A stretch of DNA of 64,000 bases from Epiperipatus broadwayi (taxonomy: Eukaryota; Animalia; Onychophora). Both the position numbers and the translations under genes were made by a program. Position 1 is the first letter of the stretch, and the number at the start of each line of letters is the position of its first letter. Location: assembly GCA_028023455.1 (NCBI GenBank), contig JAQFVV010000001.1, positions 27,466,001 through 27,530,000 on the forward strand. The letters are read 5' to 3'. Of this stretch, positions 13,525-26,100 are shown in pieces. The notes under the pieces are model-generated. The model was not told the origin of the DNA. It ran no database searches and saw only the letters and a list, made by a program, of their open reading frames with translations.

Positions 13525-13920
13525 TTAATTAGTTTTTCCACCTTAAGTTTAGTATTCATGTAAATAATTTAATTTACATAAATAAAATAACTGACAAAAA
13601 TATTTTTATAAATAGTGATAATAAATATTTAATAAATCTAAAACAAAAAAAAATATTTTTATTTATTTTAGATATTAATTAATGATGTTAATTTTATAAA
13701 AGATTTTAATATTCATATTTTTAATTATCCATTGACTAATAACATGCACACACATTACCTATTGACCAGGTTTTTATCCAAGTCAATATGAACTACCATT
13801 CTTTATTAAATATATTTTAAATAAATTTTTTCAATGGTAATTATAATAATATAGCTTTTGCTTTTATTTTTTTTTGTTTAAAATAGTTTCCAACTTTAAT
13901 ATAAATTTTATAGTTTCAAT
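13525..13920. repeat. Interspersed AT-rich repeat, copy 1 (homologous to 19080-21500)
   Basis: Shares long collinear blocks such as TTAGTTTTTCCACCTTAAGTTTAG, TAACATGCACACA and TTCCAACTTTAATATAAA with the 19-21.5 kb copy. Confidence 0.85.
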
Positions 13921-14770
13921 TCCCCTTTGTTTTGAAAAACAAAACAAAACATACATCAGTTTCTTCCAATATTTCCTTTTAACTAATTATCTATTTATAT
14001 TTTTGAAAAGAAAATTACATATTGATTTTTATAGTAAGAATAATTTTAATATCATTTAGCATCTATGAAAGTGCTTCTTATAATATTCTTAAATAATATT
14101 GTAATTAATCTTAAACATAAACAAAATACAGTTTTAATTCTTAATATTATCAAAAATTTATTTGAAACAATCTCCTGTTTGTGGGAATTATGATGTATGA
14201 ATGTTTTATGTTGGTAATGATACCTAAATCAAAACTCATTATTGTTGAAGTTAACATTATTAAAATTATATATTCCTGAATCATATAATTTAATTTCTAA
14301 ATTATCATGATTATTTATTCACTTTACTGTCATTGCTTACAGAATGAAATAACTTAATTTTTCTTATTTTATTAGATCTAACTTCAAATATTTTCCATCT
14401 ATCATGTTTTCTAGTATCCAAATATCTTTCATTAGTAATAAATGTATAATATTTTGAACCATCATTTAGTAAAGTATATCAATTATTTTATTAGGATTTT
14501 TATCCCAAATTATTCAATCTAAAATAATTTTATTTTTTTCTTGCCAAGATGTAACATTATTTCTTCTTTACATCTTATATTTATTTGAGGGTAATAATCT
14601 TTAACAAATAATTCAAAGCTAGCTGTTTTATATGAATATAAATATTTATTATTTTTAATAACCTTATCCTTAAGTATTTGATAAATATATTTTTTATTAT
14701 TCATGACAATATTTTCTTTTATTATCTAAAGATTCATTTTCTGCATTCTTACTGCTATTTTTAATAACTT
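13920..14770 (-). mobile_element. Highly degenerate PLE/LINE-like RT remnant
   Basis: Purine-skewed minus strand with RYLDT and IHHNSH-like remnants; weak support. Confidence 0.3.
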
Positions 14771-14785
14771 CTATAGAATGTACTA

Positions 14786-15705
14786 TACCTGGGTCTCGTT
14801 TTATGCGGATTATTTTAATGCGATTTTGAAGTTATGCGATTCATGTTTCTTCTTAATATCTTTCATATTTCACTATATTTATTAGATATCAAGAAATTTA
14901 AATTATTAATAACTTATTTTGACTTGAAATACTTTTTTTTTTTTTCAAAAATATAACGTTATATTAGCAGCTAACGTGAATATGGCCTGAAGATGTATAT
15001 AAAATATTAGCTTCTATGTAAATAACCTACTTATACTAATGAGTAAATAATAATAATAGATTTATACTTAAATATAAAAATATCGCAATAAATATTCAAA
15101 AACTTTAAACTTTTAAAATGTATTTTGTTAATTATAACAGAAATAAATATTTTTTTAGATTTTTAAAATAAATAATAACGAAGATTTTATTGATTTTATA
15201 AACTGAAAATAATTTTTCTAATGATAATCTATAATCTTTTTGTTTTGATTATGATCTCATTTTTTTAATATAGAAACAAAAAACAATTAACACAGCTCAA
15301 GACTGAAAGTGGTGCTAGTTGTATGTCACATGACGAATCTGATTTCTTAATATTTCACAAACGAACGCATATTGTCAAATGGCTAAATAACTGCTAATGA
15401 TTAAAATATGTATGAATAAATGTAAAATTAAATACTGTAGTTAATAAAAAAAGTAAAAAAAGTTTGTCTTTTATTTTTTATTTTCAAATATTTGAAATTT
15501 TTTTATTAGTCATACTTTATTTCCTTATTTTTTTTAATGCGAATTTTAAAGTAATTTTTTTCTTCTTGCTTTGCTTTTATGCGATTTCTGAAAATTACAA
15601 TCCCCTATCCCCATTTTTCAAGATATGTTAAGTCTATTTTTGTGCGATTTCTTTTGTGCGCATTTTCTGAGAGACCTATCTACCACATAAAACAAGACCC
15701 AGGTG
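14786..15705. mobile_element. pogo/Tigger-like (Tc1/mariner) non-autonomous element, copy 1
   Basis: TIRs (C/T)ACCTGGGTCTCGTTTTATGCGG / CCACATAAAACAAGACCCAGGTG, each flanked by TA; a second copy is at 26824-28338. Confidence 0.85.
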
Positions 15706-15739
15706 TATTTCATTTTTAATTTCTACTTTCATTTCACTA

Positions 15740-16250
15740 AGATGAGTTTCTAAGTTAAATGTGTTATTTAATTCAACTTTTATTTCTTTGTTATTTCTAC
15801 TAGTTTCTTATCAATTTTCATTACTTTTTCGAATTCGACTCCTAAATCCTGAAATTTTATTTTGCAACTCTTCTGAAGTCTTCTCTTTAAATTCACAATT
15901 TGTTTATACTATCATGGATACTAGTAAAATTCACTTTCCACTTCTCATTATTTTTTTCTATTTTATTTTTTAATTCTTCTAATTTTGAATTTATCTCTTC
16001 TCTCATCCTTAAAGTATTTTTTTCTAATTTAACACTATTTTTTTCCAACATGGAATTTATATCTTTCATTTTTATACTATTTTCTTTCATATCTTCTTTC
16101 ATCATTAAACTATTTTCTTCCAATTTGGAATTTATTTTTGTACACTATTTTCTTCTATTTTTTTTTTGCAGTAAGAATTCAAGCATTTTTTCCTTAGGCA
16201 GTGGAAATTTTGATTCTTCTGTTAATGATATACTGTTTTTTCTTGTATTT
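15740..16250 (-). pseudogene. Coiled-coil gag-like remnant
   Basis: ORF 15893-16123 MEENSLMMKEDMKENSIKMKDINSMLEK...EEINSKLEELKNKIEK, located downstream of the PBS. Confidence 0.55.
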
Positions 16251-17444
16251 TAGATAATATACTTTTATAATCACTAATTTAATAGAAGTAAGAGGTCAAA
16301 ATTCATCCTTTCATAAACTACAAATTCCATCAAGAATGGGATGAATATATTTAAATTAGACATATCTCTCAAAATTTTTCTATATTTTTATTACTAAATA
16401 TTATTTATTAATTAAAATTTTTACTTTATTTCTTTATGAATCCTCCCAATTAAAAATAAAACATTATTTTATGGTATAGTCTCTTCATTTTTCTCAGGTT
16501 TGTTTCATTGTGTTACTACAATTTTTTCAAAAGTATATCATTGTCATTTTTCTCACAATTCCATTTTTTATTTGACCCAATAAGTTTCACATCATATTAA
16601 CTATTGATGGTGCTATGAATAAAATATTGAAGTTCTTTAACAATCTCTTTATTTGAAATAATAATAAGTACACCATCCATAACACTTTTAGTAAAAACAA
16701 ATATACCTAACCACCAACTCAATTCACTTATATAATGTGCTAAATAGCAATCATAGTATATTCAGTAAGTAAATATAAATATGGATCACTAGGAATTATA
16801 CCTCTGGTGTAATCCTTTAAATATTAACACAATATTCCATCTCTAGTACATGAACAGATAGGAAAAAAACAGAAATTATATCTGGTATTAACTCATTAAA
16901 TGTTAAAACTAATTATTCTAACTTTAGCATATGAACAAATATAAATATGACAAAACAGGAATTATAACTCTGGTATTTATTTTTTATTGACAAGCTGAGG
17001 CATATCATGTGGCATTCTATCAATATTTTCAAACATTTTCCTATGCATAAACATACATATTACCTACTCATACTTAACATATTTTAACAACTTTCCCAAA
17101 TAAATGCACTCATATTATTTTGCATGAATTTATTTTATATATATTAAAGAATCTTCATGGTAACATGGTTCTATTCTCAATTGATCAGCATGCATGTCTA
17201 CTGGCACCTCCAACAAAACCAAGAATGACTTTACAATAGCAAATCCTTATTAGGTCATCATATTTATAAAATATACTTCTACAATACATTTTTTTTTCTA
17301 ACTTAAAAATATTTACATCCTTAACTTTGACAATGTAATATTGTAATGGTATAAAAGTATATTACTTTTCTCTCAAGATACAATTTTATTAAACCAATGC
17401 CAATAAATAAATGAAAATAACTATTCTATAAGGATATAATTTTA

Positions 17445-17466
17445 TCAAGCCCCAAGTTGGGTGCCA
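17445..17466 (-). other. Primer-binding site complementary to the tRNA-Lys 3' end
   Basis: TGGCACCCAACTTGGGGCTTGA versus the tRNA-Lys PBS consensus TGGCGCCCAACGTGGGGCTCGA; 5 nt from an ...ACA LTR end. Confidence 0.8.
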
Positions 17467-18032
17467 AAAACTGTAACAATAAATTAATATAATGTAACTG
17501 AGGCATGACATCATGATCATATATAATTTAACTTGCAAAAATTTATAATTTGTTACTGATGAGGGTGAGCACCAAGCAAGCCAGATATTTGTGTACAAGA
17601 AGATGGATGCTACTTAGCAATCAAGTTACAATGACCTTACAGCCTGCAGTATGTGAATGCAAAGTTATGAATGCTTTAAATCTTAATATTAGGATATTAA
17701 AATAAAAATAATACAGTATATAAATGTAACAAATCCAAATGCAGTATCTATCAAAGATAGAGTTGGCATTAACGCACAAATTAAAATAGAAAACCAAATC
17801 AGTTTAGAGATCAAGGATACCATGGTAAATGATAGCAATAAGAATTTTATTATACAAAATATGAATTATGATAACTATAATTAAGACACTAAATAAAATA
17901 AAGATAAATGCAGTAAATTAATAAGTGTACACTACTTATCAACTTTCCATAATAATTTTATACTTTTAACAATATTGTATGTATTTTAAACAATTAAATT
18001 CATGGATTATTATGAACTAACATTTTATAATC

Positions 18033-18034
<2 letters not shown>

Positions 18035-18080
<46 letters not shown>
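18035..18080. repeat. (TTA)n microsatellite
   Basis: About 15 TTA units. Confidence 0.95.
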
Positions 18081-18081
<1 letters not shown>

Positions 18082-18519
18082 TATTTTCATATAATTTAAA
18101 TAATTTCATATGAATCATTTATGATATAAATTGTGTCTGTTTTTTTGTATTGGATATTATATTTGTGAAATAGAAATATATCAAATTATGAATTAATATT
18201 TAACTCTTCCCATATAATAAATATTTAAAAAAATATATATATATCTGCTTTGCTTCAAGTTATACATTTTTTATATAGCAAAAGTTAATGTTTATAATCT
18301 GGTTTACTAATTAAATATTTTCATATGTTTGCTCATTAATAATAAGAATTAATTATTTAACAAAAATGTTTATAATATAGATTTGAATATGCACCTTAAG
18401 CATTAATTAATATTTTTTTTATCATTTATATTAACTAAACATAAGTGTTACTAAAATTACTTTACAAAAAACACATCGTGAAATTATTTTCTTATATATG
18501 AAAACAATATTACCATTTT

Positions 18520-19070
18520 ATATTTGCCTTGGATAGTGCAATACCGGAGAAAATTTGCTAATTGTTCCTATGTACTTGTTCATTTTTGGATCCAAAGTAT
18601 TTTCTTGAAGTTAATATAATAATAAATGAATGGATTTATTATAGTAAAATTAGCTGTAAATGTCCAGTTTTGTTTTTTAAAACAATATTTTTTTTCCTTT
18701 TGCTTCCTGGTTGGTCAGAATTATTATAAATTTTGATAAAGCATTAAGTTTGAAATGAGTAATTTATATCACAAGATTTGTTCTAGGTTAGATTTTCAAT
18801 TTTGAAGAGAGATATTTATGTTGCATTATTCCATTATTTCATGTTAATTACTTCATCCAAACTCTTGGAAAATATACAATATGAGGGAATAAATCCTTTC
18901 TTCCAACTTATTTGTTTAGAAATTTACATTTTTGGTTTTGATCATTCAAAATATGATTCTTATCACAGCTCAATTTTAAAATGCGAGATTTGAAAATACA
19001 TGTTACTCAGTTCAATGTATTCTCTACTTTTATCCAAAAATCACATTCTTTTTAAACAGACAACTGTTAC
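18520..19070 (-). mobile_element. Degenerate LINE (RTE-like) RT remnant
   Basis: RIYSLILYIFQE (cf. QGxxLSPxLFxIFxE) and KYIGTIS (cf. KYLGSxIS) in the expected order. Confidence 0.4.
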
Positions 19071-19171
19071 TCAATTTCTTTATTAGTTTTTCCACCTTAA
19101 GTTTAGCATTTATATAAATCAATTAATTTACATAAATAAAATAAGAGAAATAAAAATATTTGATATTAATT

Positions 19172-20480
19172 ACTTACCCGGGCTTGGTCGCTTGATGGTG
19201 TTGTTGTCAGTCAAAAACAATACAATGCAACATTACCGGGCCATAACTTTTAAAAATATGGCGACTTTTGTTTTGGCTATACAGTGATTTTGACTTTTTT
19301 TTTGGCTTATACGGCAATTTTTTTTTTTTTGGCTATACGGCGATTTTTGTCTATACGGCAATTTTTTTATTTGGCTAAATGGCAACTTTTTTTTTGCCTT
19401 TACTTGTATTATGCAATTTCTATTTAGTGATTTTTTAAAAACAACTTTTACTATTAATTACATTATTTTATCCTATGTCTTTAATTTTTTTATTTTTAGC
19501 ATTTTTAAAAAAAACCTTACTACTAACAAATTATCATAATAAAAATAATACACAAACATATCTTTACCGCTGATATAGTAAAACTTTCACTTTTTAAAAC
19601 CACTTTCTATTACCTTTTTTTTTTTTTTTTACAAAAAACACCAACAACAAACGAACCACAAATAACTTTTGGCTGGACAAAGTATTTCTCAACCCCCCTC
19701 CACCCTCCCCCACACTGATATAGTAAAACTTTTATTTTTAAAAATAATTTCCATTACCTTTCTTTAAAAAAATAAAAACAAACCAAAAATAACTTTGGTC
19801 TCATTGATGACAAAGTATTTCTCAACCCATCCCCTCCACCTCCCCCATGCTAATAGAGTAAAACTTTTATTTTTAAAAGCAGTATTGATTATCTTTTTTA
19901 AAAAATAAAAACAAACCAGCAAAACACTTTTGACTTTTTCAACTTTCATTTTCTTTTTTTTTGTAATGGTTTATGTCATAGAATCACAAACTTTTGATTT
20001 GGAAACATGTGCAATGGAGTACCTTCAGTTGCAGGAACCTCACTGACATCAGCAACTGGCACAATTTCAAAATCTGCTTGCCACAGTCAGCGCCCTTTTA
20101 TTGATCTCATATTTTCTCGAGAAAGCATGACTTTTTGCATGAGCTCGGCCGAATCATATTTGGCCTTACCCTTTGAAAATGCTTTGCACATTCCAACTTG
20201 TGTAGGGAAGGGTGGGGACGATGTAACAATTCTCAGTCAGTCAGACTGCATGATTTAAGTAGAAATGAAATTACTCTGCTATGGAGATTTCAAAAGTTGT
20301 GGCCAACTTCAAATCCAGACACTGTTAGACGATACGGTAGCCAACTGCGAATTGTGCAAATTTTGCATAAGATATCATGAAGCACAAAAGCGGTCTGCAA
20401 TGGCTAAGATAAAGAGAACTTTTCTTCACCATAAGTCTAGGCTACGTAAACGAACACCAAGCAGCCAAGCCCGGCTAAGT
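19172..20480. mobile_element. Unclassified TIR DNA element with subterminal and internal tandem repeats
   Basis: TIRs ACTTACCCGGGCTTGGTCGCTTGATGGTG / CACCAAGCAGCCAAGCCCGGCTAAGT; GGCTATACGGCGATTTT-like repeats at 19260-19400; ~145-bp tandem units at 19560-19940; interrupts the AT-rich repeat. Confidence 0.75.
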
Positions 20481-20707
20481 AATAAGTACCAAATATTTTT
20501 ATAAATCATGATAATAAATATTTAATAGTCTAAAACAACATATTTTTATTTATTTTAGGTACTAATTAATGATAATTAATTTTATAAAAGATTTTAATAT
20601 TGACATGTATATTTTAATTTGTTTCTTTATTGCATTGCCTTAATTAATTAATCAATCCTTTCTTATAAAATCTTTAATTTTTTGTACAATGCTTAACTTT
20701 CATCAAC

Positions 20708-20746
20708 ATCGACAGTTTCGATTGCCCCTGCAATCTTCTTCAGAAC
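20708..20746 (-). ncRNA. Minimal type I hammerhead ribozyme (mirror copy)
   Basis: Exact reverse complement of 20887-20925. Confidence 0.7.
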
Positions 20747-20886
20747 TTTTAAACTTCTTTATTTCAGTTAAACCGTTTTTTATTTTTTTGTTTTTTTTTT
20801 TTTTTCTTTTTTTTTTTTTATTTTTTTCTTTTTTTCTTTTTTTTTTTTTCTAAAAAACGGTTTAACTGAAATAAAGAAGTTTAAAA

Positions 20887-20925
20887 GTTCTGAAGAAGAT
20901 TGCAGGGGCAATCGAAACTGTCGAT
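20887..20925 (+). ncRNA. Minimal type I hammerhead ribozyme
   Basis: GTT-CTGAAGA-A-GATTGC-AGGG-GCAATC-GAAAC-T-GTC-GAT: CUGANGA core, perfect 6-bp stem II, GUC triplet; stems I and III are very short. Confidence 0.7.
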
Positions 20926-21131
20926 GTTGATGAAAGTTAAGCATTGTACAAAAAATTAAAGATTTTATAAGAAAGGATTGACATGTATATTTTTATAATT
21001 ATCCATTTACTATAACATGCACACATATTACCTATTAACTAGGTTACTTATCCATAGCTAATATTAATTACTATTTTTTATTAAATGAGATATTTATTTT
21101 ATATAGCGCTATGTTTTATAACCATAGTAGT

Positions 21132-21383
21132 AATAATCAGCTATTAAACTAATGCACATGCGCTTTCATTCAGGCATAGTAAAAGTAATTTAAAGTGATT
21201 GCTTAACATCTTCACACTCGCATTCTCAAATGCTTATGATTTGCCCATAAACATTTGGGTCAAAAAGATAGATGGATTCATTCTATCTTTTCACAAAGAC
21301 TTATCTTGTGTTTGGAAGTGAGAGTATTTATTTATAGTTAAAATCCACAAAGCACATGTGCATTAGCTTAATGGTTGATTATT
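21132..21383. mobile_element. Short MITE-like TIR element
   Basis: AATAATCAGCTATTAAACTAATGCACATGCGCTTT / AAAGCACATGTGCATTAGCTTAATGGTTGATTATT. Confidence 0.6.
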
Positions 21384-21699
21384 TATTAAGTATATTTTAA
21401 ATAATTTTTTTTAAACAATAAAAATAATAATAATATAACTTTTGTTTTTATTTTTTTATTTAAAATACTTTCCAACTTTAATATAAACTTTATAGTTTCA
21501 ATACATAAAGTGTTAAAAAAAAAGTTATATATATATAAAAAATAAATTTATATTAAATTAGGAATGTTAACAAATAATTTTTTTTATATTTTATTTGTGA
21601 TAATCGTGCAATTATTGTTATTTTTAAAGTTTTTTTTTTTGCTTAGTTTCAAAATAATGACAGAATATTTCCATAATAAAAAAGCAAAACAAAAAATGT

Positions 21700-22720
21700 T
21701 TTTTTTTTTTTTTTAAATAAGTTTTAAATATCCAAATTGGATTTTTAAAATTCAGAATGTTCTAAAAATCCAGCATTGTAAAGTTAATATTTGGTATTTC
21801 ATCATTTAAATGTTTTTTTCAATATGTTTTTTAATTTATTTTTTGGTGTAGCAATATATGACATATTTTTGTTATCATCTTTGCAATCTAAACATCTAAT
21901 TATATAAATTCCGTTCATATTTTCAATCTTTTTCTGTCTTGTTGTATTAAGTAATTTACTTAGATTATTATTAATAACTGAAACACATGCTTATTATATA
22001 CCTGTGTGTATAGATTATTATTATTTTTTTAATATTGGTTTAATAATCAATATGTTACTCTTTTTATATTTTTTGATAATATCCTTTTATACCTTTTACA
22101 TCAAAGAAAATACTTTTTGATAAATTAAAACTACTATTTGTTACATTCTAGATATCCATTTTATTCACTCTTCTTTTTATTTTTATATTTCCTTTACCAC
22201 ACAATTTATTAATTAGTTCAATAGGATAATCACTTTTCATTGCTTCATCCTTATCAATTTCCTCTTTAAATAATTTTTCATTAGAAGATAAATCAATTAC
22301 CCTAATTATTTTTTTTATTAATAATGTTTATTTTATGACATAGTCTATATCAGATTTGTAATTACTTAATAATCCATGCAATGTACTGTTCTATATATAC
22401 TTGCTTCAATATTTACTCTCATTATCTTTTTAATTTTAATATCCATGTAATTAATCAAATTATTCATTTATTTTTCTAGTATAAATTGAATGCTTTTATT
22501 TATTAAATTAATATATTTTAAAAAACCCACACTTCATACTATTACCATTAAATAACAAAAAAGTAATCATCCACATATTTTACATGATTATTGACTAATG
22601 TCTTCTTTATTATTCCTCTTGGAGATTTTTATCTTGCATAGAGTTATTTACAGGACACTTTTTTTTTTTTTTATCCTTGTCTAGTTTTATAACATCATAA
22701 AAGAATAAGCTCTAGCCTAA
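21700..22720 (-). mobile_element. Penelope-like element remnant (RT plus GIY-YIG)
   Basis: In order: KYVDD (22566-22580), QFILEK*MNNLINYMDI, ASIYRT, EKLFKEEID...SDYPIELINKL, then NGIYIIRCLDCK...SYIAT. Confidence 0.75.
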
Positions 22721-22869
22721 TGAATGACTAATAAAAATTATGAATATTCATCTAATAATTTAAAACAATTTTACTTTTTCAAAGACTTTCTTATATAAAA
22801 ATTTGTAATCAAAGAATGTTGATAATAGCACTTTAATGATTATTATATGTTGGATTATTTCCATCATCT

Positions 22870-23106
22870 AGAATTAATTGTTAAATGTTTAAAAAAAATT
22901 CAAACTTTATACACAGTTTTCAAATACATTCAACTATTATTAATAGCACACACATTAATATATAACAGAATATTTCAAAAAGTATTATTCTTCACTTCTT
23001 CAGGTGTTGCTGGCCTGAATAGTGTCAGTACTAGAATGGGAGGGATCTTTCGAATTGGGAATATTGAATTTAAGATGATGCCCTAACTAACTAGGCTAGG
23101 TGAAGG
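22870..23106 (-). mobile_element. tRNA-derived SINE, copy 1 (more degenerate)
   Basis: Homologous to 51755-51990 (CAGGTGTTGCTGGCCTGA, CAAATACATTCAACT); A-box-like TAGCCTAGTTAGTTAGGG. Confidence 0.65.
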
Positions 23107-26100
23107 ATAGTATAATTAAATAATAAACTTGTGATTATTATCAAGTATAGCTTTAACATTAAGTTATTTTTTTTTTTTAATTATAGCCCCACATAGTTGA
23201 TATTATAAAACAATTCCAATATTACACATACAGATTTTTTAGAAAATCATTTCTAAATATAGAAGTAAAGTTTACTGTTTACAATAATGATAAGATTTAC
23301 TATGAAAAAATATTTGCTTATGTGCTTACTGATATATATTTTTAATATATAATAACCCTCTCATATTTACTGCATTGGTTCAAACCATCTTATAGAAACT
23401 TGAAATTGTGATAGTATACTTTTAAAAGTGTTTATGTGAAGGCATAAATAGAAATAATTAAAAGATGCAGTATTGACAAATGAGATCAGCAAAAGGAATT
23501 TAAAAAAAAAGAACAGTGTAATTGTAACCTATCCAATATGGCAATCACATGACTTAGTACATAATGAATGTGTAATAAGTGCACATGATGTAATGACTGT
23601 GAAATGATACAGGACTATTCATATTGGTGGGCATATGCTTGAATTTTATAAATTCAAACTTATGAGTTTATAATTTTTTTTTATTTTAATATTTTTCATT
23701 CCTTGGATTATTGAAACTCTTGATGCTGTGTCAGCAGATTGTGGAGGGATTGCCCCCCCCCCTTTATAGTCTTTAAAAACTTTGGTGAATTTTTGTTTTA
23801 TATTTGTTGAAGCATAAACCCATATATATATAGTAAACAGTTAAAGTTGGGGAAAATTAATTTCATTTTAAAATGTAAAAATGGGGGAAAGGCTTGCTTT
23901 TGATCATTATAATCATGAACATGTGTTACAGCTAATGGCTGATTAGAAACTGCTTCTGGAAACAGCTGCTGACTTGTTGGCAAGATTGATGAAATGAAAT
24001 TAAAAATAATACTTTTTAGTTTATTGATGTGAACAAAAAAAAGCTCAAAGAAGTTATCGTGATTCTTTAAAAATTAAGTGTTCTACCATTCAACCATTTT
24101 AGCTTGATTTTTATTGGTTTTTTAATTTTTATTGTTAGTTTATTAATACTATTTAAAAATTTCAAATATGTATATATTTAAAAAAAAAAAAAGCTAATGT
24201 ATTTTTTTTTGTGTGTGTTTATTATGTAGAATAAATCAATAGAATACATTTTTAATGATGAGGAAACTCCCTTCATTCTTATGACAACAAGTTATGGTAA
24301 TTGATTGCTTTTATGTTGTTATGTAAAAACAATATATATTAAAAGCAACAAATACGATTATTGTGCCTGACCAAACACTTTGTTATTCGAATTGGTTTAA
24401 ATCTATTACCTTTAATTAATGAATTTTTGAATTAGTAATTTTAAACTGTGTAATTTTATTTTTTTCCGAAATAATATTTGTATGTATACTATCATATAAA
24501 TGTATGTATCTTACATTTAATTAATTTTTCTGCTGAATGCAGATGGAGTGATAAAGTAACAGTTTACTACAATTAATATATGGCATTACTTGCGACCCAT
24601 TAAAAGTTTATTCTAGCTTTTCAATATTTAAAGTTACTTCATAAATTTGTGAGATTTTACATCATTTAAAGGCAAAATGTTACATTAATTAAAGCAAATA
24701 AAACAAAACAAAAAAAAAACAAAACAAAAACGCTTGTGTAATGTCATCTATTTTAATGAGATAAAGCGTTCCTAAAAATTTACAATGAGAGCTCTAAGTA
24801 TTGATCTGCTAGAATAAATTGTGTTTAAAGAATGTCAAATCACCATGGATCAAAGAAAGGATCACGTGCTCAATTATTTCTATCTGTCTCTAAGTTGAGA
24901 ATTTGCATACATATATATTCATTTGTTTTATAGACATAGAAGTTTATTATACATTATTATTCATAACTAGATAGTTTTTATTATTATTTTATGCATTGAT
25001 AATCACCATATATTTTAATCTCTTAGAATGAAAAACATTCTAGAAAGGGTTTAAGCTAGATTTTTTTTTTTGCATTGTGCAGAAAAGCATGTATTTCACA
25101 TATGTTCATTTAATATTATACTATTTAAACAAGTGAACTGAAGTTTCTATACATACACACATACTAAAAAAAAATATTATTTTTTAGTGCCAAATAATCA
25201 TAAAATCTTTGTGTTTGTAAGTATGAAATTAGATTGTGAATTATTATTTTTTTAATATTCTAAAATGAGATTTATATGTGTATATGTAGATAGAAAAAAA
25301 TTATACAATGAAGCCAATTAGCCACTATTAGCAGCCACTCATAAATGGGCATGGTAACTCTAACTTCAGAAAGAAAAAAAAAACAAAAAAAAAAAATTAA
25401 AGTTGATTTTGCAATAACTATATAAATGGATCCATGAATCATATATTACATCTGCTTATATCAGATGTTGGTCCCAGTGTCTTTTTATTTGATTTCCTAA
25501 ACTGTCATCTTTTAACTTCTGTAGCAAAATTTTTTTTCTGAAATATTTCAATATCTTACTTAATATTATGTAGATTTTAAGTCTATTCTTTTTTTAGCTG
25601 TATTCTACCAATTATTGCACTTCTTTAATTCTTTAAGATAGTCTTTATAGTAAATAGGAGGTCTCTCTCTACCACAAAAACTGTGCTCATGTTCATTATA
25701 AAATATATTTTTTAGAGCCTATGTTATTCAATTATTTTGCATACCCATTGAAATATATGTATTTACATTGACACTTTCAGGATGAAGAACATATCAATCT
25801 GTATCAAATCTTGCAATCATGTTTTCAAAATGTTCCAGAACATTTTTATATTAATTTTTTCCAATGCTTTTTATATTAAGGCAAATGGAAATTCATACCT
25901 CACTTCCTTACAAAAAAAGTCTTGTGTACCAAATCTTAATATCTTGTGCTTACTTTAATTAACTGTTGCTATATGCAAACATATGTTTTTATCTTATTGA
26001 TTCATGAAAAAGTTGAAATATTGAAAAATCTGCATTAAGAAAATATTTTTATATTAATATTTATGAATTGTTTAAAATAAATATTTTGACATTATTATTT

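Larger units (their letters stand above)
15710..17630 (-). mobile_element. Gypsy-like LTR retrotransposon 5' remnant (LTR end, PBS, leader, gag fragment)
   Basis: Minus strand reads ...ATTGTTACA-GTTTT-TGGCACCCAACTTGGGGCTTGA (LTR end plus PBS) with a coiled-coil ORF downstream; truncated by the pogo MITE. The LTR 5' end is uncertain (17630 or 17731). Confidence 0.7.
20616..20981. mobile_element. Fold-back HHR insertion: perfect 131-bp arms with a 68-nt T-rich loop
   Basis: Arms 20652-20782 and 20851-20981; direct repeat ATTGACATGTATATTTT at 20599-20615 and 20977-20993. Confidence 0.85.
19080..21500. repeat. Interspersed AT-rich repeat, copy 2, split by three insertions
   Basis: Collinear with 13525-13920 once 19172-20480, 20616-20976 and 21132-21383 are removed. 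Confidence 0.8.

Noticed and set aside
17556-17590. CTGATGAG inside the LTR
   Set aside because: There is no downstream GAAA.
19690-19850. C-rich runs with G-quadruplex potential on the minus strand
   Set aside because: They are explained as part of the internal tandem repeat of the TIR element, with no independent evidence of function.
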